IMG/VR virus record: IMGVR_UViG_3300020178_000002
Span: 124,001 to 188,000 of that record
Direction: 5' to 3' (one strand)
Length of the DNA: 64,000 nt
This document shows, piece by piece, positions 38,048 through 48,638 of the stretch; position 1 is the first letter of the stretch, and each line of letters opens with the position of its first letter. Made by a program: the position numbers and the translations under genes. Below the pieces are notes generated by a model that saw only the letters and a program-made list of their open reading frames with translations, was not told the DNA's origin and did not search any database.

Positions 38048-39163
38048 TTAGCCTTCCCACTCATCAAATTCCATGATGTCAACTTCAAGTTTTTCTATGG
38101 GTGTAAATTTTAGTTTAATCTTACCGAGAATCTTCTCAAGCTCATTTTGTGTATTTGCTCTGACTCTAGCTCTATTTGGTTTTAAGAACTCAACAGTGAT
38201 TCTATCTCCTGTACCCCATTCAAGAGTTCTGTCTCTACCAGCCATTTCTGTGACTCTAAAGAAAGCAAAGCCTGGTTTATCCTCATCATTTATAACAAGA
38301 GGATCACCATATTGGGTATCTAAGTAAACTTTGTAGCCCATATCTTTTAGTTTGTTATAAACATCTTCTGCTTTAGGTACATTTGTCTCATCATAGATAG
38401 CAAGTCCAAGACCTAGAACTTCGCTTATAAAGTATGCCAGATCCCAATTATCACTTGAGAACTTCATCTTTGGGTGGAAGATGTTTGTGATCACAGGTGT
38501 TGTTCCAACATGCTTTAGCTTCCTATCAATACCTAGATTTTCAAAGTTCCAATCTCGGTCATTCTTATTTTCATGGAATCCTTCAATTAGCTCTAACTTA
38601 TCTTCTAAAGTCTTCCCAGATGAGTTAATGGCTTTAGAAACTTCTCGAGTGTCTCGATCTCTCATGTCTTTAGAGATATCAACAACGACCTCTTTCAAAT
38701 CTTCCATGTCATTAACATCAACTTCACTCTCAAGCATTTCCTTGATTCTGTTTTTAACATTTGATGAAAGGGGGGTGTTTGCAGCCTTCATGTTCTCAAG
38801 TCTTGCAATCCTATTGCTTAACTCTTGAATCTTACTTTGTGAAGATAGACTTGAAACTCTCAGTTTGAGGTATTTCTTAAGAGTCATACCAGGCTCTTCT
38901 TGCCTAGAAGATAAAGAAAGTGGGAATTGATATGAGGGCAGGAAGCCTGACTTGAACTGTCCTGTATATAAACCACCTTCACCATCTATGTGTAAGACTA
39001 CTCTTTTAGTATATCCACTTTCTGAAGAAACTTCCAAATCCTGTGTGAGGTAAGGGTGGTCTTTATCTACACTTGGTCTACCCACAGGTTTTACAAAGTA
39101 CCCTGATGTTTCAAGGTGGTTGTTTAATGACATGATTGCAGGTACAAGATATTTCGTGATCAT
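38048..39163 (-). CDS. Two-part protein with an internal leader-like motif
   Basis: Internal SKIQELSNRIARLENMKAA at about residue 110-130. Confidence 0.75.
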   Translation of the reverse strand: MITKYLVPAIMSLNNHLETSGYFVKPVGRPSVDKDHPYLTQDLEVSSESGYTKRVVLHIDGEGGLYTGQFKSGFLPSYQFPLSLSSRQEEPGMTLKKYLKLRVSSLSSQSKIQELSNRIARLENMKAANTPLSSNVKNRIKEMLESEVDVNDMEDLKEVVVDISKDMRDRDTREVSKAINSSGKTLEDKLELIEGFHENKNDRDWNFENLGIDRKLKHVGTTPVITNIFHPKMKFSSDNWDLAYFISEVLGLGLAIYDETNVPKAEDVYNKLKDMGYKVYLDTQYGDPLVINDEDKPGFAFFRVTEMAGRDRTLEWGTGDRITVEFLKPNRARVRANTQNELEKILGKIKLKFTPIEKLEVDIMEFDEWEG

Positions 39164-39292
39164 AATTTCTTCCTTATCTTTTTATTTTAAAGACTCTAAC
39201 CATAAATAAGATACAAATCCTAGTTATTAGCACTCTTTCCTTATCCTATAGTTTATTTATTGTATAAGATAAGAAAAAAATAGGAGAAGAAA

Positions 39293-40195
39293 ATGAAAGT
39301 CAACTTCAAAGGAAGAGAGGTCTCTCTAACAACCGTTGAAAACTACGCTTCAGACAAGAGACATCCCGACCACAAAGACGCAGTTTCGTTCTTAAAGAAG
39401 AGTGAGAACGAAAAAAAGCCCTCACAGCAGAAGAAGCAGGTTGGATTCGACAACTACAAAAGACAGGGTGTTTCCGAATTGAGAGACCCTAAGAAGCTCC
39501 AAGAAATAGAGAGCCTCGCAAAGAAGCTAAAAGTGAAGCCAAATGCAGACGATGCTCATATGTCAGAAAGTTTGGTGCGTTCTGAAGGAGTTTTCAACGA
39601 CTACTCTTTGCAAAATGCAGGGGCTGAGAAGATATTTGAACCAGAGATGGAGGGAGAACTTCAAGATCTCCTTTATCCTGATGAAGCCCAAGTACATGAC
39701 TATGATGTGTACCACTTCGGAAAGATCAAAGTCCCCACTTTAAAAGAGCTTGAGTCTGCATATGAGGCAGATCTAGAAGCTGGTAAGTACGACAATGTTT
39801 ATGAAAAAGACCACGAAGCGGTGATCAAATATGTTAGGAAGAATTTTGAAGACATTAAAGCAGCCTTCGAGAAACAAAACCAAATTCGTGAGTTAAGGCA
39901 GCAGATCGAATCTGAAAAGAATGATGTACAAGAACGAGCCGAGACAAGATCAGACCAGCTAAAGAAGTTGATCGAGGTTTCTGAAAGCCTTGAAGACCTA
40001 AAGATGTTTGAGGATGAGATAGTAGAGTTGTCAAAGACTTATCTGGAAGGCGAGTCTCTTCTATCAGACAAGTCACTTGAAAAAACATTCAAGAAAAAGA
40101 GGAAAGGTCTTAAAAAGAATGCCTCTTTGAAGATAGCTTCCTATGTTCTCTCTCATATTAAAGAAGAGATAAAGAGCCTTAAGACCACCTTGTAA
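39293..40195 (+). CDS. Charged helical protein, probable head-internal protein
   Basis: K/E-rich; C-terminal KNASLKIAS tail; TA-N5-TTTAT upstream. Confidence 0.6.
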   Translation: MKVNFKGREVSLTTVENYASDKRHPDHKDAVSFLKKSENEKKPSQQKKQVGFDNYKRQGVSELRDPKKLQEIESLAKKLKVKPNADDAHMSESLVRSEGVFNDYSLQNAGAEKIFEPEMEGELQDLLYPDEAQVHDYDVYHFGKIKVPTLKELESAYEADLEAGKYDNVYEKDHEAVIKYVRKNFEDIKAAFEKQNQIRELRQQIESEKNDVQERAETRSDQLKKLIEVSESLEDLKMFEDEIVELSKTYLEGESLLSDKSLEKTFKKKRKGLKKNASLKIASYVLSHIKEEIKSLKTTL

Positions 40196-40270
40196 ATCTC
40201 CACTCTCTTTTAGATGATAGACTCTTTATAATTCACCTGAAGCGACAAACACAGCTAAGGAGGATTAAAG

Positions 40271-41374
40271 ATGTTTCATCATTTAACAATGGCCGTAAGA
40301 GATAGGATGATTAAAGAGTTAAAGACATACTGGCAAGATCACCCTAGATATGAAACCCTTGCTAAAAACATACAGGGGAAATATGCTTTTGATGAAAGGC
40401 CACAGTTTGGAATGGTAGTTAAAACTTCTGGAGCAAGCAATGTGGTATTGAGCCCAGATAACTTTATAGGTCACATAAAAGGCTTTACTACTCTTGCAAA
40501 AGTTAAGGGTAAAAAGAGTGTCTCTATTGAGTGGGTCAAGGAAGACAGAAACACAAAAGCTCAAGAGGGTATCTACCACATACAAGTACAAAAAGACTCT
40601 ATGGTTGAAGATCCTAATGCATATCTTTTTGTGATTCAAAGATATGTTTCACGAAAAGAGTCTGCACCTTTGTTTACAGATCCAAGCACAATAGAACTAA
40701 ACTATGTTCCTTTTGCTGACTCTTTAAGAATAAGAGAAGCCCCTTCTGGGAGGGTTTTAGGGGCTTCTGAGTATGCTATTAATGGTTCTACTATTACATT
40801 ACTAGAAGAAGTGCAAAGAGGCTTATCTTTAAGTGTGGAGTATACTAGCAAAGATGATTTCTTAGAAGGCCCTTTCAGTGTTTGTCCAGACCATGTTTAC
40901 AGGAACATCATTCCAGGCATAATGATTTCAGTAGGCAGGTGGATAGAAGCAGGGGATGAGCAGATAATAGTTGTGACAGAAAACTTAGAGCTTATTGCAA
41001 GAGAATATGGTGGCAGGTGGGATATAAGTGTAGACATAGACTTAGTTGCAAGAGATGTTCATTCTCAGGCAGACATATCTGATAGAACTGTTGTTTGGCT
41101 TTGGTCAACTTTAAGACCGAAGCTTGCTAATATGGGTCTTGAGATGTCGGATGTGAGTTTGGGTGGCGAGGGTGAAGAAGTATATGATGAGAATGGTGAT
41201 GATTACTTCTACACCGCTAGTATAAGCTTAAGCATACAAGCGGATTGGTTTATTCATTTCCCAGTTCTTATACCTATTAGAGGGGGTGCTGTGGACAGCA
41301 TTGCAGTAGAACAAATAGACTCACCTGTTGTTGGACTTGGGAACACCAACAGCTTCATTCAGAGGTTGATGTAA
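40271..41374 (+). CDS. Putative tail terminator/completion-like structural protein
   Basis: Just upstream of the sheath; C-terminal ISVDIDLVARD...YFYTASISLSIQADW pattern; AAGGAGG SD. Confidence 0.45.
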   Translation: MFHHLTMAVRDRMIKELKTYWQDHPRYETLAKNIQGKYAFDERPQFGMVVKTSGASNVVLSPDNFIGHIKGFTTLAKVKGKKSVSIEWVKEDRNTKAQEGIYHIQVQKDSMVEDPNAYLFVIQRYVSRKESAPLFTDPSTIELNYVPFADSLRIREAPSGRVLGASEYAINGSTITLLEEVQRGLSLSVEYTSKDDFLEGPFSVCPDHVYRNIIPGIMISVGRWIEAGDEQIIVVTENLELIAREYGGRWDISVDIDLVARDVHSQADISDRTVVWLWSTLRPKLANMGLEMSDVSLGGEGEEVYDENGDDYFYTASISLSIQADWFIHFPVLIPIRGGAVDSIAVEQIDSPVVGLGNTNSFIQRLM

Positions 41375-41647
41375 AAAATCTAAGAGTTTTTCTTTATCCT
41401 CTAATGAAACAAAGATTGGAGCTTTCTCTCCAACATAAGCTCCTTGTGTATTAAATTCAAAGTGATCTTCAGCCTCGAGATAAGCTTCTTCCTTAGAGAG
41501 AGTATTTGGGTTTCTCTTTAAAAACTCTTCTGCCCAATATTTAATAAGCTTATCTTTGTCATAAACAACTGCAAAAGGTTGATATGAGAGTCCGATAATC
41601 ATGTTGTTAAAAATATCTCTTGGTTCAAGTAAGATAAGTTTTTCCAT
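41321..41647 (-). CDS. Conserved small phage hypothetical protein
   Basis: AVVYD...EAEDHFEFNTQGAYVGEKAPIF motif recalled from other phage proteins; AAGGAG SD. Confidence 0.7.
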   Translation of the reverse strand: MEKLILLEPRDIFNNMIIGLSYQPFAVVYDKDKLIKYWAEEFLKRNPNTLSKEEAYLEAEDHFEFNTQGAYVGEKAPIFVSLEDKEKLLDFLHQPLNEAVGVPKSNNR

Positions 41648-41747
41648 ACCACTCTCCTTTGATTCATTTCTTTAACATACCATAGGGCTATCAATAGTTT
41701 ATTTATCTTATCACTACATAAGTGAACATCTTATAAGCTGGGTGGTT

Positions 41748-42182
41748 ATGCCAATACTAAAGTTTCAATGTCAATCTTGTGGTCTACTTCAAAGAAAAAG
41801 AGTTCCTACACAGAAAGAGTCTATAGACTGTTCATGTGGAGAGAAAGCTTTTTTAGAAGGAAGTACACCTAATTCTTCCGTTGGGTTTTCTGCTGATGTG
41901 GAAGGCACAATGAGGGTACAGACTTCAGGTATTGAATCTTTTGACCTAAACTTTGATAGAGTCATAGGCGAAGAATCGAAGCAAAGATGGGATACTATTT
42001 ATCAAAGAAGAAAAGATAAGTGGGACATAATCCATAGCAATGAAGGCACTAACGGCTATGACATCATGAGACTACCTGACGGACATTATGAGTCCTTGCC
42101 TAAGCAAGCTAAGATGTTCCGAGATGCCCGTGAGGAAAATATGAGCAAACTTAAATCTCAAAATAAATCAGTGAAGGAGTAG
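41748..42182 (+). CDS. FmdB-like zinc-ribbon protein
   Basis: MPILKFQCQSCG...CSCG. Confidence 0.7.
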   Translation: MPILKFQCQSCGLLQRKRVPTQKESIDCSCGEKAFLEGSTPNSSVGFSADVEGTMRVQTSGIESFDLNFDRVIGEESKQRWDTIYQRRKDKWDIIHSNEGTNGYDIMRLPDGHYESLPKQAKMFRDAREENMSKLKSQNKSVKE

Positions 42183-42186
42183 TCTA

Positions 42187-45100
42187 ATGGCTATCGAAGG
42201 AAGCAGCTATCTGCCACCTGGTGTCTATACCAACACCATTTTTGAAACACAAAACCAGAATCAAGCTCTGGTACAAGGTCGTGTGCCTACACTTATAGGT
42301 ACAGGTCGTGAAACAGTTATTAGTACAGGAAATATTCTTGTCAGAGGTTCATCTTCAACAGTAGATCAACGTATTGTAGAAGAAGACCCTACTGGAAGAA
42401 TGGTCTCTGGTGTAGATGGGAATGGAAATTACATCTACACTGATTATAGTGAGGGTGCTAACCAACTACAAGTTAGACACTTTCCTATTGTATCAGGAGA
42501 TGGTTCTGGAAGTACAACTAATGTCCCTAGCTCTGTAACAGTTTCTATTAATGGAACAAACACAGTCATTATCTCTTTAGATGGTGCAAATGGTTTGATC
42601 ACTTTAGCAGAAGCACCTAAAGAGGGTGATGATGTAAGAGTCTCTTACTTCTTTAATAGAACAGACACTTTGGTAGAGGGTGAAAACCTTTCAAGCCAAG
42701 TATCTCCTCAAGACACAGAGCTTTTGGGTAGCAACTCTAACTTTGTTATTGATGCAAGCTCAAATACTCTTATCCTTACTGTGGATGGCGAGACTGGTGT
42801 TATCACTCTCCCTAATGGAGCCGCTGGTGATAGAGCCAACTCTCTACAAAGAGTTATTGCTACTCTTAATGGTGCTGGTCTAGCAACCCTCGAAGCAGAC
42901 TCTTACACTGATGCAGAAGGCAATGACAATCTTATCCTTACTGCAAAAGGTTCTATTCTTGTAGGTAATGGTACAGCGAATTTCTCTGTTGGTGTTTATA
43001 ACAACCAAACAGGAACAGCTCGTAATCGTACTTTCTACACTCAATATGGACCTATTGTAGATGGAAGCAATGGTGGTGTGGTCACTACCGACACATCACT
43101 TGTCACTATCCGAGTTAATGGTGTTGAAGTGACACCTGCTTCTGTCGATGGTGCAAATGGATCTATTACTTTAGCTCTAGCTCCTGTAGTAGACTCAAGC
43201 ATTGAGGTTGATTACTACCACAATACATTCCAAGATCAGTTTGATTACATTCCAGGCAGAGACATTACCTCTATCGACAGAGTTTCTTTAGTTGCTTCTG
43301 GTGGTGGTGGACCATCTTTGTTTGTTCAAGATGTTGACTTTGTTCTTTCAGAGGATCGAATTGTCTGGGGATCTGCTTCTGTGGTATCTGCTGGTTCAAT
43401 TCAAGAGGGTGAAGTTGCTTTCGGAAGCAATCAAATCAGTTCTTCTTTAAGAGATGAGAAAGCATATCTTGTTGAATGTTCTTCTGTTTCAACAACAACT
43501 ATCCCACCTCGAGTTCTCTCAAATACTTTCAAGCTTCCTTTCCAACCTGTAGATGGTTCAGGTTTAGGTAAACCAACTAGAAGAACAGATCTCGTTGAAG
43601 TAAGAACTGGGGTTTCTTTAGCAGATGCTTTGGAGAGAAGTCCTGCCACAGTTGTTAAAGTAGACCCTGTAAATTCACAAGTGGTTCTATCCTCAGCAGT
43701 TCCAACAAACCATAAGGTTTTTGCAAGCTTCTACTACTCAAACATCCAAGACAGCTTTGGCACTTCAGCTTATGTTGTGGAGGTAGAGAGTGTTGGTGCT
43801 TCTGGCATTGGTACATATTCTCTTTCATCTCCTACTAGAACCTTCTATAGTGTTGATTTGGAGAGTAAGGGTGTAGATCTTCAAGAAGTTACTTTAACAT
43901 TCCCTTCTGGATCTGAAGCAAGATCTGGTGCTAGGATTGCTGATGGAACTCCTGTTTCAGAGAATGTGACTGTTGAAATCAGAAACTATGATGAAACACC
44001 TGCATTTTTCTTCTCTGAAGGCTTTGGTGACTACTTCCTAATTCAAGGTTCTTCTGACACCTTAGCGATGGAAATTGATCTTCAAGCAACTACTGTTGAT
44101 TTTTCTGCCCCAATGGGTGCTGGTAGAAATGGTAATATTACAACAGTTGTCGGTGGGGTTCTTCCTTATGATGCTGCATCTAACAATACCAACTATGGTG
44201 CAACAGCTTTAACAAGAGCTATGACTCTTACTGTTGATGGTATTACATTTGCAGAGGCTTCAATTAATGGTGTTGGTGATGATGTAGAAGATTGGGTTTC
44301 TGCAATCAATACTGTTGCTGATGCAGAAGCACCTGTTTACACTTCAATGTCAGCATTTGGTGCTTGGGAAGCTAAAGCCAACACCTATGCCTCTTTCAAG
44401 TTCAGATATGTAGGTGATAGCAATGGTTCAAGTGTTGCTACTGCTACTATCCAAGCTGCTGTGTATTTAAGTCAAACAGATCTTGCTAATGCTGTATCTA
44501 CAGCTATCACGAATGCAATCGCAAATGATATTGTAAATGCAAATGCAGACTTCACAGGGTTAAGCTTAACCTGTGGTGTAGATAGCTTGAGTAGATTGAC
44601 TTTCTCATTGGACTCGCTTCCTAATCTGAATGATACTTATGGCTTCATTGAGTTTATTTCAGATACAGATACCTCGTTCTTAACAATTGCTGGTATTGAC
44701 TATGATACTGAAAATAACACTACAAATGGAAATGGTACTCAGACTAAGTTCGGATATCTTCCTGTAGCAGCTTTCTCAAGAACAACCCTTACCTCTGGAG
44801 AGCTTAGAGATAGACTCATCCTTAAGGGCAGAACTGTGGTTGGTAATTCTTACTATCCTGTTTCTGACCTTGGTGTTTCAATTGATCAAGGTACAAGAGT
44901 AGAGGATGCTGGTTTTGAAGTTGGAACAGTAGTTCCTTCAGTAAGAACATCAGTAGTAGATGCTCCAAGTATTCTTTTGAGACTCGGTTGGTCAGAAGTT
45001 GATGGCGATGGTATACCTGCAAAGACTCTTTACAGCACAGGCAATGACCAGAACAACACTCTATCTTTAGAGATTGATGGTCAGACTATCAACATCACTC

Positions 45101-46998
45101 TAAATGATGCTACTGCTCAAGGTAATCTGACTTCAATTACAGATATCCTAACAGACATTTCTGGAGACTTGGCTGGAAGTGCTACTGCACATATTGAGGG
45201 TGCTGGTATTCGCATTGTAAATGCTAATGCAAACATCAGCTCTTACATTAAAGTTGGTGCAGGCACAGGGAACAGTGCATTTGGTGTCACAGAGGGAGAT
45301 TCTGTCTCTGCTGTGGGTGTAAGTGCTAAAGCTGTTGTTTCTTCTCTTATGAGTCATTCTGAAGCTAAAGCTAATTTCTCTACCTCTTTGTTCTCAACAG
45401 AGCCACAAGCAAATGCTGCTGTTGGTTATTATGCAGACAAAGCTGTTGCATATGTGTTCAAGAATCAAGTTGGCAGAGAGTATGTTGGATTTGAGAGTCT
45501 TTCTACAGGAAATTCATCTATCCTTGAAGTCACTGGTGGAAGAATTGCAACAACTAAGGGCAATGGTCTTAAGCTTGTTGTAGGCTCTGGTGCAGTAGGT
45601 GAGGAAGCATATCAAGGATTTGTTGTTACTTCAGACAATGCACAAGGTTCTGGTTCTGCAAACACCTCTCGACTAAATGATGCTGTTGGTGCAGATGGTA
45701 TCATTGGTCAAACATATATAGATGAAGTGACAGGCTTAACCTTTACTTTACTTGAGAGAGAAGGTGGTATTGATTATCCTACAGGTGCAGATGCACAGAT
45801 TAGTTTCAAGGTAGGTACTGTCTTCACATCTAATGCGAATATCCCGACTCCAGCTATTCCAGGTGTTTCATTGATTGTATCTAACACTTTAGATACTTCT
45901 ATTGGTGATACTGCATTGGTTGAAGTTTTTAATAAAGAAGGTAATGAGCCAAACTTAGGTCAGGTTTATTATGTTGACTTTACTAGAATTCGTACTGAGT
46001 TTAATACTCGTACCTTCTCTAGTCTTGCAGATGTCATTTCAACCTATGGTGAGATCAGCCCAAATAACTCTTTGAGTCTTGGTGCTTTGTTAGCTTTCTC
46101 AAATGGTGCAACTGCAATAGCCTGTAAGCAAGTTCAACTTGAAGCAGGAGAGTCAAGCTTAAGTGAAGATCAAGTGGTTCAAGCAATCCAAGACCTTGAG
46201 GGTGAGATTGTTCCAGGATTGACACCATCTGTTATTGTTCCTTTGTACCCAGCCACTACAGCGATTGTTTCTGCAATCTCTAACCACTGTGACATTCAGT
46301 CCTCTTTGCGTTATCGTTCAGAGCGTAGAGCTGTTTTGGGTGTAAGAGCTGGAACACAACCTAGAGAAGTACAGTCTCTAGCACAATCTGCAAACAACAC
46401 AAGAATCTGTATTGTCTATCCAGACCTTGCAAACGTTTCTTATGTAGATGGAAATGGTATCACTCAAACAATTCTTGTCGGTGGTGAGTATGTTGCTGTT
46501 GCAACAGCTTTAGCAACAAGCAATCCTTCTATTGATAGTGCTACTCCTTGGACAGGTCGTTCTATTGCAGGTATTTCTTCACTTGCTCGTCTACTTGACG
46601 AGGTAGATGCAAATGCAACTGCAAATGCAGGTGTTACAGTTCTTTCTCAAAGAGCTGATGGCATTAAGGTAAGACATGGCTTAACTACAAACATGACTTC
46701 TGTTCTTACAAAGACTCCTACTGTTATCCAGATTGCAGATGACGTTCAGATTCGCTCTAGGAACTTACTTTCACGCTATGTAGGGGTTAAGTTCGTACCT
46801 CAAGTGATTCAGCAAATAGAGGGTAGATTAAACGCTTTCTTTAAGCAACTTGTAAGAGATCAAATCATTTCAACTTACACAGGTCTTTCAGTGTCGAGAG
46901 ATGCAACTGACCCAACTCAGTTGAATGTTGAAGTTTTCTACAAGCCTGTTTACCCACTTCTATATATCCAATTTACTTTCACAGTACAGGGTAGCTAA
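42187..46998 (+). CDS. Contractile tail sheath protein (1603 aa, large insertions)
   Basis: N-terminal YLPPGVYT; C-terminal sheath domain (HCDIQSSLRYRSERRAV, VRHGLTT, YVGVKF, VEVFYKPVYPLLYIQFTFTV). Confidence 0.9.
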   Translation: MAIEGSSYLPPGVYTNTIFETQNQNQALVQGRVPTLIGTGRETVISTGNILVRGSSSTVDQRIVEEDPTGRMVSGVDGNGNYIYTDYSEGANQLQVRHFPIVSGDGSGSTTNVPSSVTVSINGTNTVIISLDGANGLITLAEAPKEGDDVRVSYFFNRTDTLVEGENLSSQVSPQDTELLGSNSNFVIDASSNTLILTVDGETGVITLPNGAAGDRANSLQRVIATLNGAGLATLEADSYTDAEGNDNLILTAKGSILVGNGTANFSVGVYNNQTGTARNRTFYTQYGPIVDGSNGGVVTTDTSLVTIRVNGVEVTPASVDGANGSITLALAPVVDSSIEVDYYHNTFQDQFDYIPGRDITSIDRVSLVASGGGGPSLFVQDVDFVLSEDRIVWGSASVVSAGSIQEGEVAFGSNQISSSLRDEKAYLVECSSVSTTTIPPRVLSNTFKLPFQPVDGSGLGKPTRRTDLVEVRTGVSLADALERSPATVVKVDPVNSQVVLSSAVPTNHKVFASFYYSNIQDSFGTSAYVVEVESVGASGIGTYSLSSPTRTFYSVDLESKGVDLQEVTLTFPSGSEARSGARIADGTPVSENVTVEIRNYDETPAFFFSEGFGDYFLIQGSSDTLAMEIDLQATTVDFSAPMGAGRNGNITTVVGGVLPYDAASNNTNYGATALTRAMTLTVDGITFAEASINGVGDDVEDWVSAINTVADAEAPVYTSMSAFGAWEAKANTYASFKFRYVGDSNGSSVATATIQAAVYLSQTDLANAVSTAITNAIANDIVNANADFTGLSLTCGVDSLSRLTFSLDSLPNLNDTYGFIEFISDTDTSFLTIAGIDYDTENNTTNGNGTQTKFGYLPVAAFSRTTLTSGELRDRLILKGRTVVGNSYYPVSDLGVSIDQGTRVEDAGFEVGTVVPSVRTSVVDAPSILLRLGWSEVDGDGIPAKTLYSTGNDQNNTLSLEIDGQTINITLNDATAQGNLTSITDILTDISGDLAGSATAHIEGAGIRIVNANANISSYIKVGAGTGNSAFGVTEGDSVSAVGVSAKAVVSSLMSHSEAKANFSTSLFSTEPQANAAVGYYADKAVAYVFKNQVGREYVGFESLSTGNSSILEVTGGRIATTKGNGLKLVVGSGAVGEEAYQGFVVTSDNAQGSGSANTSRLNDAVGADGIIGQTYIDEVTGLTFTLLEREGGIDYPTGADAQISFKVGTVFTSNANIPTPAIPGVSLIVSNTLDTSIGDTALVEVFNKEGNEPNLGQVYYVDFTRIRTEFNTRTFSSLADVISTYGEISPNNSLSLGALLAFSNGATAIACKQVQLEAGESSLSEDQVVQAIQDLEGEIVPGLTPSVIVPLYPATTAIVSAISNHCDIQSSLRYRSERRAVLGVRAGTQPREVQSLAQSANNTRICIVYPDLANVSYVDGNGITQTILVGGEYVAVATALATSNPSIDSATPWTGRSIAGISSLARLLDEVDANATANAGVTVLSQRADGIKVRHGLTTNMTSVLTKTPTVIQIADDVQIRSRNLLSRYVGVKFVPQVIQQIEGRLNAFFKQLVRDQIISTYTGLSVSRDATDPTQLNVEVFYKPVYPLLYIQFTFTVQGS

Positions 46999-47051
46999 TA
47001 CTTTCTTTATTAAAGGATCATTCTTAGTTTAAGATTAACTAGGAGTGATCC
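46997..47051 (+). promoter_or_regulatory. TA-N5-TTTAT motif followed by a 15-bp hairpin occluding the SD
   Basis: GGATCATTCTTAGTT (47015-47029) pairs with AACTAGGAGTGATCC (47037-47051), which contains AGGAG. Confidence 0.7.
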
Positions 47052-47054
47052 AAA

Positions 47055-47525
47055 ATGTTAGAAAGAAAATTAAGAAACCTTTTTCTGAGGGTTGCTAAAT
47101 TAGAAGCAGCTTCAGAAGAATCTGCATTCTTTGATAACCCTCTTAAAAAGAACGTTAGAGAGTTCGCAGAGTCAGAAGCTATCTCTAACGATCTGGAAGT
47201 TGCTCAGAATGCAACTCATGATGTAGGGCCTAAATCTCCCTTACTTATGAGAAGCGAAGCTCTTGTCGCTCCACCAACTCCTTCCGAGATAAAGAAGAAG
47301 CCAGGTGGGTCAGAGTTCTCTACTTTAAATCAATTGGTTATTGAGACAGAAGAAAAAGTACCTGTTCAAAAACCAAAAGGTTCAGAACCACCACCAGCAT
47401 CTTTGGCCGAAGGTAAGGAAAAAGATCTTGTTGAAAAGGCTAATGAGAGAGAAGAAGTCTCCAAAAGAGAGAAACTCAAGGCCATCAAAGAAGTAATGAA
47501 AAAGAAGTCTAAGTATAGGAGATAA
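47055..47525 (+). CDS. Leader-tagged low-complexity protein
   Basis: MLERKLRNLFLRVAKLEAAS. Confidence 0.75.
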   Translation: MLERKLRNLFLRVAKLEAASEESAFFDNPLKKNVREFAESEAISNDLEVAQNATHDVGPKSPLLMRSEALVAPPTPSEIKKKPGGSEFSTLNQLVIETEEKVPVQKPKGSEPPPASLAEGKEKDLVEKANEREEVSKREKLKAIKEVMKKKSKYRR

Positions 47526-47528
47526 GTC

Positions 47529-48089
47529 ATGTCTAACGAATTAAATATCACATCAGAAGATCTTCAAGTAATGAAACATGGAGATAGAAGCCCTGTGACA
47601 GCAGGTGCTTCATTAAGAAACACAGGTTGGAAAGCAGGTGTCTGGGTTAAATATGTCGAAGAAGAAAATACAGCATCTGAATATACAGTAGCTCTTTCTG
47701 ATGGTGTGTATGCTACTGGATTCCTCATGTATGGCAGTGAAGACTATTCAAATGCTAGACAAAGCACATATAGAAACTTTACCTCATATCAGCAAACAGG
47801 GCCTCTAGCTTCTGCTTCTGGTGCTGCTGTCCTAACAATGGTTATGGGTGGGGGTAGATTCTTATTTACCCAATATGAAAGATTCAATCTTGATGGTCAA
47901 GGTAATAGAACCATTCCTGCGAACTACCAACTTAATGAAAACTTAAAGGTTTCAGAAAATGGTCTGCTTTGTAATGATGGAGATGTTGCTCTATTAGCTA
48001 AAACAGGTGGAGCTATCTCTCTTCTAGTTGGAGTTTGCTGTAAGACTCCTAATACAGATGGGAAACTAGGCTTAGACCTTAAGTATTAG
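47529..48089 (+). CDS. Putative virion structural protein (decoration-like)
   Basis: 186 aa, Gly-rich beta type. Its C-terminal NENLKVSENGLLCND...VGV parallels GESLFASVNGYLTND...IGV in 55964..56545. Confidence 0.5.
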   Translation: MSNELNITSEDLQVMKHGDRSPVTAGASLRNTGWKAGVWVKYVEEENTASEYTVALSDGVYATGFLMYGSEDYSNARQSTYRNFTSYQQTGPLASASGAAVLTMVMGGGRFLFTQYERFNLDGQGNRTIPANYQLNENLKVSENGLLCNDGDVALLAKTGGAISLLVGVCCKTPNTDGKLGLDLKY

Positions 48090-48098
48090 GAGAGAATC

Positions 48099-48638
48099 AT
48101 GTTAAAGCTTTCATCTTTTGCACAGAAAATATTAGAAGAAGTAGAAAAAAGAGAAGCAGAACTAGAGAACCTTGTTAGAAGGTCTGCTATTCTTGAAGAC
48201 CAGAGATGGTTCTATCCTCTTTTGGCAGGCCACTTTGAAGAAGCGATTCAAAAAGCAAGTGACCCTAAAGTCAAAGATATAATAGAAGAGATAAGATCTA
48301 ATGTAGATGAGGGCTTAGATCCGATAGATGACTTTACATGGTTTATCTCTGTCCACCATAAGAAACTTCGTAAGAGAAACCTAAGAAAGAACATGGGCTT
48401 TTTAGACTTTATAAAGTCTATGAAGAAACTTGCTTCTGATATTAAGAAGAAAGGTCTTAGAGTAAAGTTTAATACTACCTACACACCTAATGGGTTTTCT
48501 TTATCTGGATTCATGGTTTCAGAAACTGATATGGATGACAAAGGTGTGTTCGATGTTAATGTTAAAGGGAACGCATACTCTAAGTCTGAAGTAGAAGACT
48601 TGCTTGAAGTTATTTTCCAAAGAGTAAGCTTCAACTAA
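48099..48638 (+). CDS. Hypothetical protein with weakly leader-like N-terminus
   Basis: AQKILEEVEKREAELENLVRRSA; internal KKLAS; AGGAG SD. Confidence 0.7.
   Translation: MLKLSSFAQKILEEVEKREAELENLVRRSAILEDQRWFYPLLAGHFEEAIQKASDPKVKDIIEEIRSNVDEGLDPIDDFTWFISVHHKKLRKRNLRKNMGFLDFIKSMKKLASDIKKKGLRVKFNTTYTPNGFSLSGFMVSETDMDDKGVFDVNVKGNAYSKSEVEDLLEVIFQRVSFN

Noticed and set aside
47529-48089. Tail tube protein (by position after the sheath)
   Set aside because: No tube motif recognised; its C-terminus resembles the decoration-like protein at 55964 instead.
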